Source of the DNA: Nitrospirota bacterium
Lineage (GTDB): Bacteria; Nitrospirota; UBA9217
Length of the DNA: 64,000 nucleotides
Assembly (NCBI GenBank): GCA_029858565.1
Contig: JAOUEV010000009.1
Span: 10,853 to 74,852 of the forward strand
Direction of reading: 5' to 3'
Part shown: in pieces, positions 1 to 10,154 of the stretch
Layout: every line of letters begins with the position of its first letter
How positions within the stretch are numbered: the stretch's first letter is position 1
Translations under genes and position numbers: made by a program
Notes under the pieces: generated by a model
What the model saw: the letters and a program-made list of their open reading frames with translations, nothing else
What the model was told of the DNA's origin: nothing
Databases searched by the model: none

Positions 1-2
1 TC

Positions 3-827
3 CAGACCGACGCGGCCATCAACCCCGGAAACTCCGGCGGCGCGCTGATCAACGCACGGGGAGAGCTGGTCGGGATCAATACGGCCATCGTGTCGCGGAG
101 CGGCGGGTATCAGGGGATCGGCTTCGCCGTACCGAGCGGCATGGCACGGCAGGTCATGGAGAGCCTGATCAAGTACAAGAAGGTCGTCCGCGGCTGGCTT
201 GGCGTGAGCATCCAGGAGGTGACCTCTGATCTTGCCGAGGAGTTCGGCGCAAAGGACCTGAAGGGCGCGCTGGTCAGCGGGGTAATGAAGGGAAGTCCTG
301 CCGAGAAAGCGGGCATCCGGCAGGGGGATGTGATACTGAGATACAACGGCAAAGAGGTGGAGGACACGGGCCACTTGCGGAACATGGTCTCCCAGACGCC
401 GGTGGGGACGCGGGTGTCCGTGAATTTGCTGTGCAATAAGAAGGAATCGACCATCGAGGTCGTGATCGCGGAGCTTCCCAAAAAGATCGGCGACGCGGCA
501 GGGAGCGATGAGCAGAACAGTGAAGAGCCTGAAGAGAGCAATGCGCTCTCCGGCCTGACCGTGCGCGAACTGACGCCGAGCCTGGCGAAACGCTTCGGTC
601 TGCATGAGACCGAAACGGGGCTGGTGGTGGTGAAGGTCGATCCGGGCAGCAGCGCGTTCGAGGCCGGGATCCGCCCGGGCGACCAGATCCTCCAGATCAA
701 TCAGCAGGATATCGCGACCATGAACGATTACCGGAAGATCATTGGCAGGACCAAGGCAAAGGACCGGATGCTCATGCTGATCCGCAGAAAAGGCGAGGAC
801 CTTTTCGTAACGATCAAGCCCAGCTAG
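3..827 (+). CDS. htrA: DegP/HtrA-family serine protease with two PDZ domains (5' end outside window)
   Basis: Frame reads [15 protein letters not shown] (catalytic Ser motif) from position 3, followed by two PDZ-like repeats. Confidence 0.93.
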   Translation, partial: QTDAAINPGNSGGALINARGELVGINTAIVSRSGGYQGIGFAVPSGMARQVMESLIKYKKVVRGWLGVSIQEVTSDLAEEFGAKDLKGALVSGVMKGSPAEKAGIRQGDVILRYNGKEVEDTGHLRNMVSQTPVGTRVSVNLLCNKKESTIEVVIAELPKKIGDAAGSDEQNSEEPEESNALSGLTVRELTPSLAKRFGLHETETGLVVVKVDPGSSAFEAGIRPGDQILQINQQDIATMNDYRKIIGRTKAKDRMLMLIRRKGEDLFVTIKPS

Positions 828-909
828 TGGCAGCGGGTTCCGGTGCGGGCCGTACCGGAACCGGCGCGCAGATCCATATATCCTGTACAGGGAAGGGAGG
901 TGAAGATAC

Positions 910-1917
910 ATGGGACTGATAATCATTCGTATGCTCTTTGTGGGCGTGGGCACACTGCTCGGCTATTACGTTTCCACGCAGCTCGACGAGGTGGTGAGCA
1001 AGCCGGAAGGCATGGCAATCGGGTTCTCTGTCGCCGTCGCGATCATATTTTCGGAACTTCTGTTCCGGCGCGTGGCGCTCAAGGTCATTATCGGCGGCAT
1101 CCTTGGATTCATCATAGGTCTTACGTCGGCCAACATCATCGCCACCCCGCTCAAGCTTGTACCCCTCGAAAGGAGCATCGTCAATTTCCTGGTCCTGCTC
1201 CTGAACGCCTTCTTCGGCTACATGGGCGTCACGATCGGGATCCGCGAAGGCGAACGGTTCAATCCGGCGAACATCAAGAAGCTGTTCCGCGGGGGGATCG
1301 AGGAGAACCTCAAGGTCCTGGATACCAGCGTCATCATAGACGGCAGGATTGCCGATGTATGTGAGACCGAGTTCCTTGACGGGACGCTGGTGATACCGCA
1401 GTTCATCCTGCTGGAGTTGCAGCATATCGCCGATTCCTCGGATTCGCTCAAGCGGGCGCGGGGACGGCGGGGGCTCGACATCCTGCACCGCATCCAGAAA
1501 ATGAGCCATATGGAGGTGCGGATCACCGAGGACGATTTTCCCAAGATCCGCGAGGTGGACAGCAAACTGATCGCCCTGGCGAAGCGCAACGGCGCCAAGA
1601 TCATCACCAACGATTTCAACCTCAACAAGGTCGCGGAGCTGCAGGGCGTCAAGGTGCTGAACATCAACGACCTGTCGAACGCGGTGAAGCCGGTCGCACT
1701 TCCCGGCGAGACCATGCGGGTCTTCGTGCTGAAGGAAGGGAAGGAAGCCGGCCAGGGGGTCGCCTATCTGGACGACGGGACGATGATCGTCGTGGAGAAC
1801 GGCCGCCGGTTCATCAATAAGAACGTGGAGGTCGCTGTCACGAGCGTGCTTCAGACCGCGGCGGGGAGAATGATCTTCACGCGGCTCAAGGATGAGGAAG
1901 AGCACGAAGTGCAATAA
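910..1917 (+). CDS. Membrane-anchored PIN/TRAM-domain protein (YacL family)
   Basis: N-terminal TM helices, PIN motif [18 protein letters not shown]-terminal TRAM ([14 protein letters not shown]). Confidence 0.92.
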   Translation: MGLIIIRMLFVGVGTLLGYYVSTQLDEVVSKPEGMAIGFSVAVAIIFSELLFRRVALKVIIGGILGFIIGLTSANIIATPLKLVPLERSIVNFLVLLLNAFFGYMGVTIGIREGERFNPANIKKLFRGGIEENLKVLDTSVIIDGRIADVCETEFLDGTLVIPQFILLELQHIADSSDSLKRARGRRGLDILHRIQKMSHMEVRITEDDFPKIREVDSKLIALAKRNGAKIITNDFNLNKVAELQGVKVLNINDLSNAVKPVALPGETMRVFVLKEGKEAGQGVAYLDDGTMIVVENGRRFINKNVEVAVTSVLQTAAGRMIFTRLKDEEEHEVQ

Positions 1918-1933
1918 TTATCAAGGAGGTTTC

Positions 1934-2686
1934 ATGTCGGGTCATTCGAAGTGGGCTACAACAAAACGGAAAAAAGCGGCGATCGACTCCAAGCGCGGGA
2001 AGATCTTCACGAAGATCACCAAGGAGATCACCGTGGCGGCCCGGATGGGCGGAGGAGATCCTGACGGGAATCCCCGGCTTCGCACGGCCGTTGACAAGGC
2101 GAAATCAGTGAGCATGCCGGCGGACAACATCAAGCGGGCAATCCAGAAGGGTACCGGCGAACTGCCCGGCGTGGCTTACGAGGAGACAACGTACGAAGGC
2201 TACGGCCCGAACGGCGTCGCCATCATCGTCGAGGTCATGACGGACAACAAGAACCGCACGGTCGCCGAGCTCAGGCATATCATGGAAAAGCTCGGCAAGG
2301 GCATGGGCGAGAACGGCTGCGTGTCCTGGATGTTCCACAAGAAGGGCTACATCGTCGTGGCCAAGTCAAAGGCCGATGAAGAGAAGCTCATGAGCATCGC
2401 GTTGGACGCCGGCGCGGAGGACATGCAGCCCGAGGATGATAATTTCGTCATTACATCGGCAACCTTCGATTTTGACAAGGTCAAAAAGGCCCTGGATGCC
2501 GCCGGTATCGCCACGGAGGTTGCGGAGGTGACCATGGTCCCGCAGACCTACGTTACCCTGGAAGGCCAGAAAGAGGCTTCGCAGATGCTGCGTCTTATGG
2601 AGGCTCTGGAAGACAACGATGATGTGCAGAACGTTTACGCGAACTTTGATATACCCGATGCAGTGATGAATGCCATCGAGGAGTAG
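1934..2686 (+). CDS. yebC: YebC/PmpR family protein
   Basis: MSGHSKW start after AGGAGG RBS; YEGYGP and DDVQNVY motifs; upstream of ruvC. Confidence 0.96.
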   Translation: MSGHSKWATTKRKKAAIDSKRGKIFTKITKEITVAARMGGGDPDGNPRLRTAVDKAKSVSMPADNIKRAIQKGTGELPGVAYEETTYEGYGPNGVAIIVEVMTDNKNRTVAELRHIMEKLGKGMGENGCVSWMFHKKGYIVVAKSKADEEKLMSIALDAGAEDMQPEDDNFVITSATFDFDKVKKALDAAGIATEVAEVTMVPQTYVTLEGQKEASQMLRLMEALEDNDDVQNVYANFDIPDAVMNAIEE

Positions 2687-2757
2687 GAGCGTCCCGCCGC
2701 AGCGCGCTGGAGTCCAGCGGCCAGCGGCAGGGCCGGCGGTATCAACAGGGGGATTCG

Positions 2758-3294
2758 ATGCGGGTACTGGGGATTGATCCGGGGACGCTCACGAGCGGAT
2801 ACGGCATTGTGACCGAGGAAGACCATAAGCTCTTCCACGTTATTTCGGGAGGGATCAGCCCTTCAGCGAAGCAGCCATTCCCCAAGCGGCTGAAGAAGAT
2901 CTACGAAGAGCTTGAAAAGGTCATTGAAAAGTACAAACCCCAGGTCGTGGTGATCGAGGACCTCTTCGTATCGAACAATATTAAAGCCGCGCTCAAGCTG
3001 GGCCATGCCCGGGGCGTTGCGATCCTTGCCGCGGTGAATGCGGGCCTTCCGGTGTTCGAGTACGCGCCTACCGAGGTGAAGCAGGCGGTCGTGGGCAGCG
3101 GAAAGGCGGATAAAAAACAGGTCCAGCTTATGGTCAAGGTCCTGCTGGAACTTCCCAAGACGCCCCATCCCGCTGATGCTGCTGACGCGCTCGCTGCCGC
3201 TATCTGTCATATCCATTCCTCCCGCATGCGGGAGATGCTCAAGAACCCCTCGTCCTTCAGGCAGGGGGCACGTTCCTCGGTCAAACTGCGATGA
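2758..3294 (+). CDS. ruvC: Holliday junction resolvase RuvC
   Basis: LGIDPG, KLGHARG, DAADALA motifs; synteny. Confidence 0.97.
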   Translation: MRVLGIDPGTLTSGYGIVTEEDHKLFHVISGGISPSAKQPFPKRLKKIYEELEKVIEKYKPQVVVIEDLFVSNNIKAALKLGHARGVAILAAVNAGLPVFEYAPTEVKQAVVGSGKADKKQVQLMVKVLLELPKTPHPADAADALAAAICHIHSSRMREMLKNPSSFRQGARSSVKLR

Positions 3295-3896
3295 TCGCAT
3301 GGCTCTCGGGAAGAATAGTGCGGAAATCCCCGTCCGCCGTTGTCATCGATGTCGGCGGCGTGGGGTACGAGGTGGCGGTCCCGCTGTCCACGTTTAACGG
3401 GATTCCCGAACCAGGCGCGGACGTGAGCCTGCATGTGCATACCCATGTTCGCGAGGACTCGCTAAGCCTCTTCGGGTTTTCCACGGAGCTTGAAAAAGAA
3501 CTGTTCGAGCTCCTGATGGGGGTATCGGGCATCGGTCCGAAGCTGGCGCTGACCGTCCTGTCGAACCTGTCGGTCGAGAATATCATGCAGTCGCTGAACA
3601 CCGCGGACGAAGCCGCGTTGTGCCGCATCCCGGGGATCGGGAAGAAAACAGCGGCGCGGCTTTGTCTGGAGCTCAAGGACCGGATCGCCAAGCTCAGACC
3701 GGCTCTGCCGACTTCAGGCCAGTACCGGCCTGCTGGTGGTGAAGGACAGCTGGAGGATGCGGTCTCCGCACTGGTCAACCTGGGGTATAAGCGGCAGCAG
3801 GCAGAGGATGCCGTACGGACAGCCATGCGCGGCAGACCTGATGTGCCGATGGGCGAACTTATCCGCGAGTCGCTGAATCTACTGCTGAAGCGGTGA
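3291..3896 (+). CDS. ruvA: Holliday junction DNA-binding subunit RuvA
   Basis: [17 protein letters not shown], HhH motifs GIGPK/GIGKK. Confidence 0.97.
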   Translation: MIAWLSGRIVRKSPSAVVIDVGGVGYEVAVPLSTFNGIPEPGADVSLHVHTHVREDSLSLFGFSTELEKELFELLMGVSGIGPKLALTVLSNLSVENIMQSLNTADEAALCRIPGIGKKTAARLCLELKDRIAKLRPALPTSGQYRPAGGEGQLEDAVSALVNLGYKRQQAEDAVRTAMRGRPDVPMGELIRESLNLLLKR

Positions 3897-3918
3897 CAGG
3901 AGACCGGGTGACGAATTC

Positions 3919-4938
3919 ATGAGCGACCGGATCATTGCCGGGGAACGGAACGAGGACGATATTCAGATCGAACGGAGCCTTCGGCCGAACCGTTTTGACG
4001 AGTTCGTGGGCCAGGACCGCATCCGCGACAATCTGTCCGTGTTCATCCAGGCCGCGCGCGGCCGGGGAGAGGCCCTTGACCATGTGCTTTTCTGCGGACC
4101 TCCCGGGCTGGGCAAGACCACGCTGGCGAACATCATCGCCCACGAGATGGGTGTGGGCATCAAATCGACCTCGGGGCCGGTCCTGGAACGGGCCGGTGAC
4201 CTGGCCGCGATCCTCACCAACCTCCAGCCCGGCGATGTGCTGTTCATTGACGAGATCCATCGGTTGAACCGTGTGGTGGAGGAGGTCCTCTATCCCGCCA
4301 TGGAGGACTTCCAGCTCGACATCATCATCGGCCAGGGGCCCGGCGCCCGTTCCATCAAGCTCGATCTTCCCCGGTTCACGCTTGTGGGAGCAACGACGCG
4401 GACCGGCCTGCTCACGTCGCCGCTGCGCGACCGCTTCGGGATCATCGACCGCCTGAACTTCTATGCTCCGGGGGAACTGCAGCGGATCATCACCCGCTCT
4501 TCGGAAATTCTTGGCGTCACCGCTGCGCCGGACGCGGCGGAGGAGATCGCGCGACGTTCGCGCGGCACCCCGCGGATCGCGAACCGCCTGCTGCGGCGCG
4601 TGCGGGACTTCGCCCAGGTTGCGGGAGAAGGCGCCATCGACCGTAAGGCCGTTGAAAAGGCGATGGACCGGCTCGAAGTGGACAGCAAGGGCTTCGATGA
4701 GATGGACCGGAGGCTGCTTCTTACCATCATTGACAAGTTCGGGGGAGGACCGGTGGGTCTGGATACCCTGGCCGCGGCGATCAACGAGGATAGGGACACG
4801 CTCGAGGATGTCTATGAACCCTTCCTGATCCAGGAGGGATTCCTGGACCGTACGCCGCGGGGACGGCTGGCCACGAAACTGTCCTTTGAATATTTCGGCA
4901 GGAAAAGAACATCGCCGGCCCAGGAACACCTGCTCTAG
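3919..4938 (+). CDS. ruvB: Holliday junction branch migration ATPase RuvB
   Basis: [27 protein letters not shown] motifs. Confidence 0.98.
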   Translation: MSDRIIAGERNEDDIQIERSLRPNRFDEFVGQDRIRDNLSVFIQAARGRGEALDHVLFCGPPGLGKTTLANIIAHEMGVGIKSTSGPVLERAGDLAAILTNLQPGDVLFIDEIHRLNRVVEEVLYPAMEDFQLDIIIGQGPGARSIKLDLPRFTLVGATTRTGLLTSPLRDRFGIIDRLNFYAPGELQRIITRSSEILGVTAAPDAAEEIARRSRGTPRIANRLLRRVRDFAQVAGEGAIDRKAVEKAMDRLEVDSKGFDEMDRRLLLTIIDKFGGGPVGLDTLAAAINEDRDTLEDVYEPFLIQEGFLDRTPRGRLATKLSFEYFGRKRTSPAQEHLL

Positions 4939-4968
4939 GCCCTGCTGCGCGGCGCGGTCCCGTCCAAC

Positions 4969-5376
4969 ATGCGAACGATACTTTCCATACTCATCCTGCT
5001 GGCCCTGACAGCGTCGACCGTCCACCGCAATACCGCCTGGAATACCCTGTTGTCCCTGTGGGAGGATTGCGCCGCAAAGTCCCCGGACAAATCACGGACC
5101 CACAATAATCTCGGGAACTGCAACCTGCTGCTCGGAAGGTATTTTCCCGCGATCGAGGAATACCGGCGGGCAGTTGCGCTTGATCCCGCGAATATGGAAG
5201 CCTACTACAATCTGGCGACCACCCTCGATATCGCCGGGCTCTCGGTCGAGGCGATCGGGCCTTACAGCGTTTTTTGCAGGGAAGCGCCGCGCAATTACGC
5301 GGTGCAGCAGCAGCAGGCCTGCGAGCGGTTGCGGGGGCTTATCGCCGGATCAGGGAACGCGGGTACGGGGAAATGA
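4969..5376 (+). CDS. Small TM-anchored TPR protein (TMTC C-terminal-like)
   Basis: Hydrophobic N-terminus, RNxxWxxxxxLW motif, TPR HNNLG/AYYNLA. Confidence 0.75.
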   Translation: MRTILSILILLALTASTVHRNTAWNTLLSLWEDCAAKSPDKSRTHNNLGNCNLLLGRYFPAIEEYRRAVALDPANMEAYYNLATTLDIAGLSVEAIGPYSVFCREAPRNYAVQQQQACERLRGLIAGSGNAGTGK

Positions 5377-5945
5377 ACCTCCTTCTCCATATGTGCTGCG
5401 CACCCTGCGCGATCTACCCTCTGGCGCGTCTCGCGGCTGCGGGCTTCAGCACGACCGGACTTTTCTACAATCCCAATATTCATCCCTATCAGGAATACGG
5501 AAAACGGCTTGAAACGGTCAGGGAACACGCTGTCCGGACCGGTCTGCCGCTGATCGTCCTGGACCACTACGACCTGGAATCGTTCCTCGCGGTCACCCTG
5601 GGCCGGGGCAGCGGAAGATGCGAACAGTGCTATCGCATGCGCCTCGATGCCGCTGCGGGGGAAGCGGGCAGGAGGGGATTTGGTCTGTTCTCTTCCACGC
5701 TGCTGTACAGCAAATACCAGAACCACGACCTGATCGCCGGTGTTGCGCGGGAGATGGCCGCGGAGCATAAGGTGGAATTCCTGTACGAGGATTTCCGCGA
5801 CGGGTGGAAACAGGGCATCGAGGAATCAAAGGCGCTGGGTATGTACCGCCAGCAGTACTGCGGATGCATCTTCAGCGAGCGGGAGCGGTATGCGCCAGGC
5901 TTCCGGAAGAAGTCCGCGAACGCTTCCGCTGAAAGAAAGGGATAG
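5373..5945 (+). CDS. queH: Epoxyqueuosine reductase QueH (DUF208)
   Basis: LLLHMCCAPC, FYNPNIHP, YRQQYCGCIFS motifs. Confidence 0.93.
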   Translation: MNLLLHMCCAPCAIYPLARLAAAGFSTTGLFYNPNIHPYQEYGKRLETVREHAVRTGLPLIVLDHYDLESFLAVTLGRGSGRCEQCYRMRLDAAAGEAGRRGFGLFSSTLLYSKYQNHDLIAGVAREMAAEHKVEFLYEDFRDGWKQGIEESKALGMYRQQYCGCIFSERERYAPGFRKKSANASAERKG

Positions 5946-5949
5946 CCCC

Positions 5950-6561
5950 GTGTTCTCCTGGTCCCTGCAGACGTTCAGATTCACGCTGATCTCCCTGGTC
6001 CTGTGCTTTCTGGGGGTCGCCTCGTTCGCGCGGAACGCGGTGTGGAGTGACGGTGTGTCGCTGTATGAGGACGTGGTCCGGAAAACCCCGAACAAGTCCC
6101 GCGCCTGGGATCATCTGGGCGTCGCCTTCTATCTCCGGTCCGATTATCCCAATGCGATCGCGGCCTATGACCGCGCCATCAAGCTGGATCCCTATCTGTC
6201 GATCAATCCCTACCGCAACCTCGCGCGTCTTTATGTGGATATCGGGGAATACGACCGGGCCGTCCAGCTCCTGACCTGGGCAATGTCCATAGATGCGGGC
6301 AATTACGAGCTCTATACCACGCGCGGCATGGCATACCACAAGAAGAACGAGTTCCCGCAGGCCATAGCGGACTTCTCCCGGGCGCTCGATCTCGAGCGGA
6401 ACAATCCCGCGATCTATGTTGACCGCGGTCTGGCATACGAAGCGGCAGGCCGCATCAGAGAGGCTGTCAGGGATTTTGACGAGGCCTGCTCGCGCGGGCG
6501 GTCAGCTGCCTGTGAAAAGTCCCGGGCGCTTCGGCCGGACGGAGGCCGTCCATGGCGGTGA
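5950..6561 (+). CDS. TM-anchored TPR protein (TMTC C-terminal-like)
   Basis: GTG start inferred; TM helix, RNAVWSDGVSLY, about four TPRs. Confidence 0.75.
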   Translation: MFSWSLQTFRFTLISLVLCFLGVASFARNAVWSDGVSLYEDVVRKTPNKSRAWDHLGVAFYLRSDYPNAIAAYDRAIKLDPYLSINPYRNLARLYVDIGEYDRAVQLLTWAMSIDAGNYELYTTRGMAYHKKNEFPQAIADFSRALDLERNNPAIYVDRGLAYEAAGRIREAVRDFDEACSRGRSAACEKSRALRPDGGRPWR

Positions 6562-7685
6562 TGGCGCCACGTTCTGCCGGGATCCCATTTTCGATTCGCG
6601 GACCGGTCAGGCATTGTTCGTTTATCCTTGCTGTCGGAGCGCTGCTCTTCGCCCTTTCTGCCGAGTGTCTTGGTGCTGCCCGCATCCGCGTGGCCATTGC
6701 TGATTCGTCAACACAGGTGGTTCTCCAATCACCAGCAGGGCTCACGATCGGCCGCGGGCGGACAGCTAAGGTTCGCCGCACAATCACCCTGACGCCCGCG
6801 GACCTGGGGACCGATCCGATCCTCGTCCGCTCCCGGGGCAGCAGCATCTCGGTGAACGGCAAGAAGTACCGGGGGACGATGGAGGTGCGCAGGAACGGGA
6901 TAGGCCGGATCCGGGTGATCAACGATCTTGATCTTGAGGACTATCTCAAGGGCGTTGTGGCGGCCGAGATCCCTCATGAATGGGAAATGGAGGCGCTCAA
7001 GGCCCAGGCTGTCGCATCGCGAACCTATGCCTTGCATCAAAAGGAAGCATCAGGCGGACGTTCATACCATCTGCTGGCGACGGTAGACAGTCAGATGTAC
7101 GTGGGGATGGAGGGAGAGCGTCCGCGGGCTGTCCGTGCGGTGGATGATACCCGGGGTGAGGTGCTGCAGTACGAAGGCAGGTTGATCTCGGCCTATTACC
7201 ATTCCAGCTGCGGAGGACACACCGAGGACGCGCTCGAGCTCTGGGGGATCGACGCTTCCTACCTTCGCGGCGTTGATTGTGACTGTCAGCGCATATCGAC
7301 CTACGGTCCGTGGGAAAGAAAATTTTCCATCCCCGAGGTCATCGGGGCGCTCCGGCGGGAAGGTTACCCGATCACCGATATCGCGGCGGTGGAGAACGGG
7401 GATATCACCCCTGCGGGCCGCGTCAAGCGCGTCCTGTTCAGGTCGTCGCAGGGGATGATTTCCATCCCTGCGGAATCGCTTCGTTCCATCCTCGGCTATT
7501 CCCGATTCCTGAGCGTGTTCATAGAGCCTGAACTGGTTGACCGGGAGATCGTGATCTCGGGGCGGGGACGGGGGCACGGCGTCGGGCTATGCCAGTGGGG
7601 TGCTCAGGACCTGGCGCTGCAGGGCAAGGAGTACCGGGCCATACTGGAACATTATTATCCCGGAACAAAGATCGTACGGCGATAG
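6552..7685 (+). CDS. SpoIID/LytB-domain lytic transglycosylase
   Basis: EDYLKGVVAAE, ALKAQAVASRTY, GHGVGLCQWGA motifs; start uncertain. Confidence 0.92.
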   Translation: MAVMAPRSAGIPFSIRGPVRHCSFILAVGALLFALSAECLGAARIRVAIADSSTQVVLQSPAGLTIGRGRTAKVRRTITLTPADLGTDPILVRSRGSSISVNGKKYRGTMEVRRNGIGRIRVINDLDLEDYLKGVVAAEIPHEWEMEALKAQAVASRTYALHQKEASGGRSYHLLATVDSQMYVGMEGERPRAVRAVDDTRGEVLQYEGRLISAYYHSSCGGHTEDALELWGIDASYLRGVDCDCQRISTYGPWERKFSIPEVIGALRREGYPITDIAAVENGDITPAGRVKRVLFRSSQGMISIPAESLRSILGYSRFLSVFIEPELVDREIVISGRGRGHGVGLCQWGAQDLALQGKEYRAILEHYYPGTKIVRR

Positions 7686-7753
7686 GGCCGGAGGAGCGCT
7701 GGGCCGACCATTCTGCTTGACAGGCGGCCGTGCCAGCCGATACAATGGGTTCG

Positions 7754-8557
7754 ATGAAAAAGAAAACTGCAAGAACAAAGACACAGCAAGCGCCATCGCC
7801 ACAGGTCAAAGCACAAGTGCCTCAGGATCCCTTCCTGGTATTGACAGCACTTGCTCTTATGGCGTTGTTCATTGCCTCCCTCACGACTGCAGCACTGCTT
7901 CGCAACAGGATCTATGAAACGGGACTGTCGGTCTGGAAAAGCATGGTCGAAAGTTCGCCTGACAAACGCCGGCCCCATGAGAATTACGGCCAGGCGCTGT
8001 CAACAGCCGGCCGTTTGCAGGAGGCCTTGCAGGAGTTCAAGACCGTGCTCAGTCTGCCTGATGACGGCAGTGTACCTCTCCGGGATGTATATCGCGAGAT
8101 CGGCGTGGTCTATTTCCGTCTCGGCCTTTTCGACGAGTCCATTACCGCGTGGAAGACCGGTTTGGTCCATGCTCCGCTCGACGCGGGATTGCTGAACAAT
8201 ATAGCCATTGCCCTGCTCAAGCAGCAGCGCTATGACGAGGCGGTCTCACACGCGGAAACAGCCGTGCGGGCGAACAATACGATGCCTGAACCGGTCAATA
8301 CGCTGGGCGAGATCTACCTTGCCAAAGGGGAGTTTGCGCGGGCAGCTGAATTCTTCAAGCGGTATATATACCTTCGGCCCGAGGACCCCCGTGGGTCCTG
8401 GAATGTAGCGATCGCGCTGGCTCGCGGCGGAAGATATGAAGAGGCCTATCAGCATGTCAATCGCTTCCTCGCGTCGGAGCTCGATCCCCGCGAGCGGGCC
8501 GGTGCCACTGATCTGCTTAATTTCATCAATGAAAGTATGAATAAAAAGAGGCACTGA
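7754..8557 (+). CDS. TM-anchored TPR protein (TMTC C-terminal-like)
   Basis: TM helix, RNRIYETGLSVW...SPDKRRPHENYG, multiple TPRs. Confidence 0.8.
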   Translation: MKKKTARTKTQQAPSPQVKAQVPQDPFLVLTALALMALFIASLTTAALLRNRIYETGLSVWKSMVESSPDKRRPHENYGQALSTAGRLQEALQEFKTVLSLPDDGSVPLRDVYREIGVVYFRLGLFDESITAWKTGLVHAPLDAGLLNNIAIALLKQQRYDEAVSHAETAVRANNTMPEPVNTLGEIYLAKGEFARAAEFFKRYIYLRPEDPRGSWNVAIALARGGRYEEAYQHVNRFLASELDPRERAGATDLLNFINESMNKKRH

Positions 8558-8836
8558 TGGCGTGTCTGACGGCTTTCTGCTTTAAGCAATCCATTATAAT
8601 TTGGTAGTCGCAGGCTTTCGCCCGGGATATCAGCCGGTTAACAGAGTTGTAGCGTTTGGGGCTATGCAAAACTACCCTTTTGGGTAGTTCCCATGCTGCC
8701 TCTCTTGTATATGTATGCTCTTTCCCTATAATTCCTTGTGCATATTCCAACAGGATGAGCATAAATGCGCATACTGTTGGAATGATTTAGCGCGCACCAG
8801 TTTTAAAATGCATTTTAAATTCAACATGTTAGGGTA

Positions 8837-8852
8837 TGGCATAAGCGTTGCA
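8837..8852 (+). promoter_or_regulatory. Sigma54 (-24/-12) promoter of the tetraheme cytochrome gene
   Basis: TGGCATAAGCGTTGCA, exact GG-N10-GC spacing, AT-rich upstream region. Confidence 0.8.
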
Positions 8853-8991
8853 ATATCAATGGATAATTACTAGCATCAACCGCATTATCCAATTACCACT
8901 ATTTTGCGAAACTGTATGTAATAATATGGATTTCTAAATTGAGCGTCGCAATACGCATCAATTATTTCACATGAGGAGGAAGGAGAAGAAC

Positions 8992-9639
8992 ATGAAGAAG
9001 CTTCTAGTAGTAGCAGTTGCAGTATCCATGGTGTTGATGGCGACCTCCGCGTTCGCACTCATCGCTGGTTCAAAGCACGACCTGTCTTTGACCACCGGTG
9101 GATCGAACTCGGTACATGCCGACAACACCACGCTTTCGTCCTGTCAGTTCTGCCACACCCCGCACAATGGCGTTGCCGTTGCCGGAGCACCGCTCTGGAA
9201 CCGGACTTTGCCGAACACGACGTACACGTTCTACGCTACCGCAGCAGCCTCGACCACGGCGTTTGATGGTGGTCTTGGCCCGAACTCGCTCACCTGCCTG
9301 AGCTGCCATGATGGTACGGTCAGCGTCGGCGATGTGCTCGTGGGAACCGATGGTGTTTTCACCGCAAATGCAAATGTTAATGCTGATGGCACGTTGGGTG
9401 CAACCCAGTATAATCTCGGCACCGACCTGACGAATGACCACCCGGTCGGCTTCGTGGTTGACGATCAGAGCGGCAAGGCCGGTCTGACGAATATTGCTGC
9501 GATGCAGACTGCTGGTGCCAAGTTCTACACCGGCCGCATGGAGTGCGCGACCTGCCATGATCCGCATCAGACGACCTATGGCAAGTTCCTTCGCTGGAGC
9601 GGTGGTTCCATGTGCTCCGATTGCCACGCCCTGAAGTAG
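8992..9639 (+). CDS. Secreted tetraheme cytochrome c, OmcE-like
   Basis: Signal peptide; four CxxCH (CQFCH, CLSCH, CATCH, CSDCH); KHDLS, HTPH, PLWNR, NLGTDLxNDHPV blocks as recalled from Geobacter OmcE. Confidence 0.85.
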   Translation: MKKLLVVAVAVSMVLMATSAFALIAGSKHDLSLTTGGSNSVHADNTTLSSCQFCHTPHNGVAVAGAPLWNRTLPNTTYTFYATAAASTTAFDGGLGPNSLTCLSCHDGTVSVGDVLVGTDGVFTANANVNADGTLGATQYNLGTDLTNDHPVGFVVDDQSGKAGLTNIAAMQTAGAKFYTGRMECATCHDPHQTTYGKFLRWSGGSMCSDCHALK

Positions 9640-9676
9640 GTTTAAGTCAGGATAGGCATAAGGGAATTGAATCATG

Positions 9677-9716
9677 AACGAGAGGAGGGGTGAAAGCCCT
9701 TCCTCTCGTTTTTTTT
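9677..9716 (+). terminator. Intrinsic terminator after cytochrome gene
   Basis: AACGAGAGGAGGGG / CCCTTCCTCTCGTT stem followed by T-tract. Confidence 0.9.
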
Positions 9717-9895
9717 CAGGGATCATTGTGCATTCTTCGAAGCATAGCTCAAAGTGTCCGATCAGTATGTTCTGTTCTTTCCGGGGCGGAAGGTAAGAAG
9801 CACATTAATATCTATTTGCAAGATTGATCTTCCTGTCCAGGGGGCAACCGGCAATGTTAATATCGTGGTAGTACCAATGTATAAAAGACCATCAT

Positions 9896-10007
9896 TGAGC
9901 ATCCGATGAGCAGTTGATCACAAGATCAACTGGTGCACATCTTTGAGTCAGGTAGTACCGCCTGAAATCTCTGTTAGTTCGCGAGTTCGGGGATCACAAG
10001 ATGATCA
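9896..10007. promoter_or_regulatory. Array of 17-bp TG-N13-CA-like boxes on a 19-bp pitch
   Basis: Boxes start at 9896 (TGAGCATCCGATGAGCA), 9915, 9934 (TGCACATCTTTGAGTCA), 9972 and 9991 (GGATCACAAGATGATCA). Confidence 0.55.
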
Positions 10008-10154
10008 GCACTATTCATGCTGGCGGGTTCGCATTAATCAAGTTTATTCCTTACGGAGATCCTCTAAAATCGCTTTGACTTACCCTTGCGCTCCATGGTA
10101 AATTGGCTCATATCCAGGCAACAAAAATCCGCGACTGATAAGGGGAGTTCCACT

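Noticed and set aside
8670-8689. Perfect palindrome AACTACCCTTTTGGGTAGTT
   Set aside because: Single occurrence; cannot distinguish a regulator site from a hairpin, so it was not assigned.
9896-10007. Possible CRISPR-like array
   Set aside because: Units are degenerate 17-mers without unique 30-40-nt spacers and no cas genes are present; it fits regulator binding sites better.
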